DNA from: Thraustochytrium aureum
Lineage: Eukaryota
NCBI GenBank assembly: GCA_012862495.1
Contig: BLSG01000221.1
Coordinates: 1-64,000, forward strand
Reading direction: 5' to 3'
DNA length: 64,000 nucleotides
Shown: in pieces, positions 59,208-64,000 of the stretch
Layout: each line of letters opens with the position of its first letter
Position numbering within the stretch: position 1 is the first letter of the stretch
Notes under the pieces: model-generated
What the model saw: only the letters and a program-made list of their open reading frames with translations
Told to the model about the DNA's origin: nothing
The model's database searches: none
Translations under genes and position numbers: made by a program

Positions 59208-60661
59208 CCAGCCGCCCTGGACTGGCCAGTTTCTCAACAGCCAGCTAGCTGGTGGGCGCCCGCAGGTGCTGCCCGCGCGCGTTCGAGGGGCTGCAACCTG
59301 TCGGTGATCGAGTCGGCGCGCAACGGTCTTCTCCACCGATGCATTCGTTGTTCGCGGGTGCCACAATGCGACAACACTTGAAGCGCATGGCGGCTGCAAC
59401 GCCAGCTTTGGCGACACTTGGCCCGGCGCTGGTGGCAGAGCCGGGCGAGGTGAGGTAGGAGCGTATGCACCCGTACTTGTGCCGGTTCCTAGCTAGCTGG
59501 AGGGCCTGCGCAAGCTGCGCCCTCAGCGGGAAGCGACACCGACCCACACAGGGACGCGCCAAAAGTCGACCTGCGTCCCAGCCTCGCAGCCCGCAAATGA
59601 GGGACGCGTGTTGAGCGTCTCGCAAAGAAGCCTCTGGGTGCTCAGAAGAGAGCAGAGCTTTGGCGCTCCCCTGCGCCCCTCTCCGCGTTTTATGCCGAGG
59701 TTGGAAGGGCGCCGTTGGATGTGGCGAGTCGTGGACCAGATCACATTCAAAGTTTCATGGATCCACCTTGCTTGCAGAGCCGCTTGCGGCATACCAACGC
59801 GCCCGCTCTAGAGTATACCCAACTCTGCAGGGATGATCCAACCTCCTCAGGCTTGTACAACAAGAAAGACCGCCCGCCCAGCACAAAATTCGGACCGAGA
59901 GCAATGCCGTGCTGTCCCCCACCGTGGCAACGGCGCCGTCGATCAACTTCAAGTTGGCCGTGACGGCGTGTCCAACACTCCGCGGCCAGCCACGTGCTTG
60001 CGAGGAATCAATCAAGAGCCGTCCTTCGCCTCAGGCGGTTCATGTTTCTGCCTGTTCATGATTCTGGGCTTCGGGCTCCGAGGACAGGGCGCCAGGCCAG
60101 CAGAGATGTAGGTAGAGTAGGCCTACTCACTGGTCTGCCCGGCTCGCTGGTGGCTCGTTCCACCCGGCCCAATCGTCTTCCACCGGGCGATGTTGAGTGG
60201 CCGGCCCCATGGGCTCAGGCAGGTCCGTGAGGTCCGACTGGACGCGCAGGTCGACGACAGGCAGAGCAGAGCCTGTGACGACGGAGGCAGAGCAGAGCCT
60301 GTGAAGGCAGGCAGGCTCACTTGACTTGATCAGAGGCAAGGCAGCTCCGTCGCGCGCGCGGGTCAGTCAGGCAGTGCAACGGTGCGAGTAGATCGTCCTG
60401 CGAGACCTGGGACACATACCGGCCTCTGCTGACCCACCGACACGACCACTTACTGGCAACACGGCCGAGAAGGTGGCCCACGCCTGGCGCGTGAAGGTGC
60501 CCGGCCACATTGTGCTGCGTGGCGGAGAGCGAACAGGGCGCGAGGGCGAGGTGGAGCCAGAGTGCCAGCAGCCGGCAGTCGAGCAGAGCGCGAGGGAGCG
60601 CAGGCGGCCTCCTAAGGGTCTCGTCGCACCGCCTCCACCAGCAGCAGGTCCACCAGGCCCA

Positions 60662-60695
<34 letters not shown>
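60662..60695. repeat. (CTG)n trinucleotide repeat at a gap edge
   Basis: About 11 units read directly, running into the N-gap. Confidence 0.9.
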
Positions 60696-60911
60696 NNNNN
60701 NNNNNNNNNNNNNNNNNNNNNNNNNNNNNNNNNNNNNNNNNNNNNNNNNNNNNNNNNNNNNNNNNNNNNNNNNNNNNNNNNNNNNNNNNNNNNNNNNNNN
60801 NNNNNNNNNNNNNNNNNNNNNNNNNNNNNNNNNNNNNNNNNNNNNNNNNNNNNNNNNNNNNNNNNNNNNNNNNNNNNNNNNNNNNNNNNNNNNNNNNNNN
60901 NNNNNNNNNNN

Positions 60912-63900
60912 CCATCCCGCGTTTCGGGCCGCGCTGGTCGTGGTGGATGAAGCCACAGGGACGTTCGAAGCGGTCGTGGCCGCCGGGGAGGCGGAGGAGC
61001 GGATCTTCTTGGCAAGCAACCCGGGCCTCCAAGTCCTCGACGTCGGGCGCAAGCTCGTGGTGCCCGGCCTCCTCGAGGTCGGCTTTCACTTCTTCGGCAA
61101 CAAGGGACAGAGCGGCGAGGTTGCGCACGACGAGGTTGTGAACGGCACCTTGGCGGCAGCGGCCGGCGGCATCACCACTTTAATCGACACGCCGCCAGAC
61201 GCCCTGCCACCAGCGCTGTCCGTGTACTCTGTGGCTCGGCGCATCGCTGGCCTGCGAAGCGCCCCGCTCGCCATCAACGTGGGGGTGCTCGCGCGCGTGG
61301 ACGTTTCGGTCGGCGTTGACGCGCACGCGATCCGGCAGCTCGTCGCAAGCGGCACCTTTGGTGTCGTCACTCACCTCCGCGCAGTGGCCCACGGGTCCGG
61401 GAGTGGGACGGCTGGGGGCGGGCGGCTGGGTGGCCTCGTTGGAGCGCTCGCGAACGCAAAGGGCATTCTCGTGATCGAGCTCAGCAAGGTTGGTCGCCAG
61501 CTAAGCTGCGCGCATTGGGCGGGGTCGACTGCGCATCCAGAGCCCGCGCCGCTTGGCTCTGCTGGCGTGGAACCGCGCGTTCCCCTGGCAGGGCAGCGAC
61601 CTCGTCTGACGTCGGTCGGAAAGCCAGCAAGCCGCGGTCCGCGCGTCGCGCGAGCCGACAAAGAAAACTCACCCGAGCAGTTAGCTCTATCGCGGGACGG
61701 CGGCCCGCCGCACAGCAACAGCTGTGGCAGCTCGCCGAAGACGGAGGACTTGAGCGACAGCGACGGAAGCGAGAAGGGCCTCCACGACGACCACGACGAT
61801 GATGACGATGATGTAGAGATTAGCCGGGCACTTGAGCAGCTCGACCTGCACTTGCCAACCACGATCTCGAATCACCCGGCGTCCTGGTCCTCGTCCCGCG
61901 ACACGATGCGGCACTTGGTGTCGAAGAGAACGAGGCGAAAGCCGTTCGGCAGCACCAACGCCGCGGGCGACGCCGACCAGGACGCACTAGGGCGGGATTT
62001 GCTTGAGCTGCGCCGAAGGTACATGAATGAGAGCCTCAAAGCGATGTTCTCGGCGCAGAGGCTCAAGGAACCAGAGGCCCAGGTCGTGCCGCCGCCTCGG
62101 CCGTCAACCGCGGCGCAACTAGAGGCATCTTCGACGCTCGAGAGGAGCAGCAGGTTGCGCCGCGGCTCGACGAGCGAAGACGAGAGCGGGAGCAGGCCAG
62201 GCGCGGAAATACGAGCGGCGCTTTTTAATCCGAGTAGCCTTGGGGCGCTAGAGTGGGGTTCGATGCCCCTGCTAGCCGCGGGGGAGCGGCGCTCACGCTC
62301 CGTGCACTCTTGCGGGCCTCTCGCCAGTGGCCACCTTCGCCAGCTGCACAATGCTCCTCTCGCCGCCTCACACGTGTCGCCCTCATCCAGTTCAGTGTCG
62401 TCCGCGAGCTCGATGCTGAGACCGCGGCGCCGGAGCTCGTCTGTGAGCCTGCGGAGCTGGCGCCTCGACCGCGACGAGACCTGCAGCGAAGGCGGCTTGA
62501 GCGCTTCAACGCACTTCGGAGCCTTCTCCCAGCAACGAGCTCGACCCACCGGCGACGCCATGCACGGCTCGGAGCTCTCGCCGTTTGTCATGGACGACGT
62601 TTTCTCGGGAGCGGCAGAAGAGGACTTTTGGGGCTCGCCGCAACAGGACGGGCGCCTCGCGCCGAGTCAGGGCCGGCAAGAGGCACAGACAGTGGGAGGC
62701 AGCGCAGCCGGCGACGGTCCCAGTGAATCGGACAACGGCGAGGACGCGGAAGAGTCGTCTTGGCGTGTTGTGAAGCGCACAGACTCTACGCTCTCATCGA
62801 GTAGCGACGGCTGCATACGCAGCCGGGGTGGCAGCGACTCAATCGGCCGGGCAGGCCGCCTCGGGCCTCGTCGCTCGAGCGCTTTCTCATCGCCGGTCGG
62901 CGTTGGCTCGCAGCGTGACACCGCGTCCTCAACGCGAGAAAGGGGCGGCGCTCAGTTTAGCCCGAGCTCGCCGGGCACTCTTGTTGGTGCGCACCAGGTC
63001 GTGCGGCGGAGGAACGCGTCTTCGGATCAACTCTCGCTAGCGGCGTTTGCCCGCACCCATCGCCCAAGCACAAGCNNNNNNNNNNNNNNNNNNNNNNNNN
63101 NNNNNNNNNNNNNNNNNNNNNNNNNNNNNNNNNNNNNNNNNNNNNNNNNNNNNNNNNNNNNNNNNNNNNNNNNNNNNNNNNNNNNNNNNNNNNNNNNNNN
63201 NNNNNNNNNNNNNNNNNNNNNNNNNNNNNCGCCCAAGCACAAGCGCTGGCAACCTGGATTCCTTGCTCGCGCCGGTGCACAGGCGGGCCGGGGCAGGTTT
63301 CGCACCTGCGCTGGCGAGCCCCGAGTCAGCCAGCGTCGTTGGTCCGGGGCTTCAGCGCCTGCCCGGCGTCGCGTCCGCTACGTCGCGGCGGTCAAGACTG
63401 AGCGGCAGGCTCATGATGCAGTCAGGCGCAGCGCCAGACCACCCCGCCGCGGGGTCGTTTGCGGAATCGCTGCGTTGCCTGCGTCTGAACGACAGGCGCG
63501 GCCCCATTGTCCTGGACGCCCGGTCGGGTCACCGCGCGCCGGTACGCGGACAGAGCTCGATGGGGTCTCAAGAGCTCGCTGCGGGGACGCTGGGGGCAGT
63601 GGTCCTGCAACTCGAGCAGGCTGGCGCGAGCTGCTGTCAGACGCACTTTGTGTTTGGCGGTCGCTCAGCGGAAGACGTCGTCGAGTTGCAAGACCTCGTT
63701 GAGGACAAGCTTTACGGGCGGTCGCCTGTGCTGCTTGATCGCGTTAGCACAGCGTGTCGGCAGTTTGCAGCAGTGGAGCAGACGCTGGCGACCGTGGTTC
63801 GCGATTGCAAAGTCCGGGGCGAGCCCCTTGAGGACGCGCTAGATGCCATGACTCGGGCGCGCGCGCAAATGCTCAACCTGTCGCACTGCAAGGGATCGAT

Positions 63901-64000
63901 CTCGGTGGGCATGGATGCAGACTTTGTCATTCTCGACGCGGACTCTGACGAGCCGCGCGTCGAGTCAACGTTTTGCGCCGGGCAACGAGTGATTCTGCGG
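60912..64000 (+). CDS. Allantoinase/dihydroorotase-like amidohydrolase-fold protein with degenerate metal site and large disordered insertion; partial at both ends
   Basis: N-terminal 'VLDVGRKLVVPGLLEVGFH...GTLAAAAGGITTLIDTP'. C-terminal 'A.MLNL..CKGSISVGMDADFVILD......VESTFCAGQRV', read by hand in the frame after the 63076-63229 gap; open to the window end. Confidence 0.75.

Overview
A GC-rich, gene-dense, intron-poor eukaryotic scaffold with about 20 N-gaps. A stramenopile protist (possibly thraustochytrid/labyrinthulomycete) is inferred from gene content and style, not proven. It is not prokaryotic: there are spliceosomal, augmin, SNARE, ArfGAP and RasGEF genes, a GT-AG intron and microsatellite-rich spacers. 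In order, the genes are: a large multi-GAF protein, an EamA/DMT transporter, a CCDC87-like protein, HAUS6 head-to-head with PRPF31, a putative GPI-anchored protein, a scrambled PRPF31 copy, a secreted Pro/Thr-stalk protein, a hypothetical protein, a modular arylsulfatase, a MINPP1-type phosphatase, Mpv17/PMP22, a Qa syntaxin, an acyl-CoA dehydrogenase, a BAR-RGS-PH-ArfGAP-ankyrin protein, a probable two-domain translin, ERGIC3, a RasGEF, a PH/coiled-coil protein, EFG1, a CRAL-TRIO protein, a PP2C, and a degenerate allantoinase/dihydroorotase-like protein running off the window. Many genes carry single-base frameshifts at short homopolymers, most likely sequencing errors. The most notable items are the RGS domain inside an ACAP-type ArfGAP, the probable translin-TRAX-like fusion, the part-inverted PRPF31 duplicate, the pseudo-amidohydrolase with a very large insertion, and recurring CTAG/AGCT and TCAA motifs at gene 3' ends. 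No rRNA, tRNA, CRISPR array or intact transposase was recognised. All family calls come from motif recognition by eye; no searches were run.
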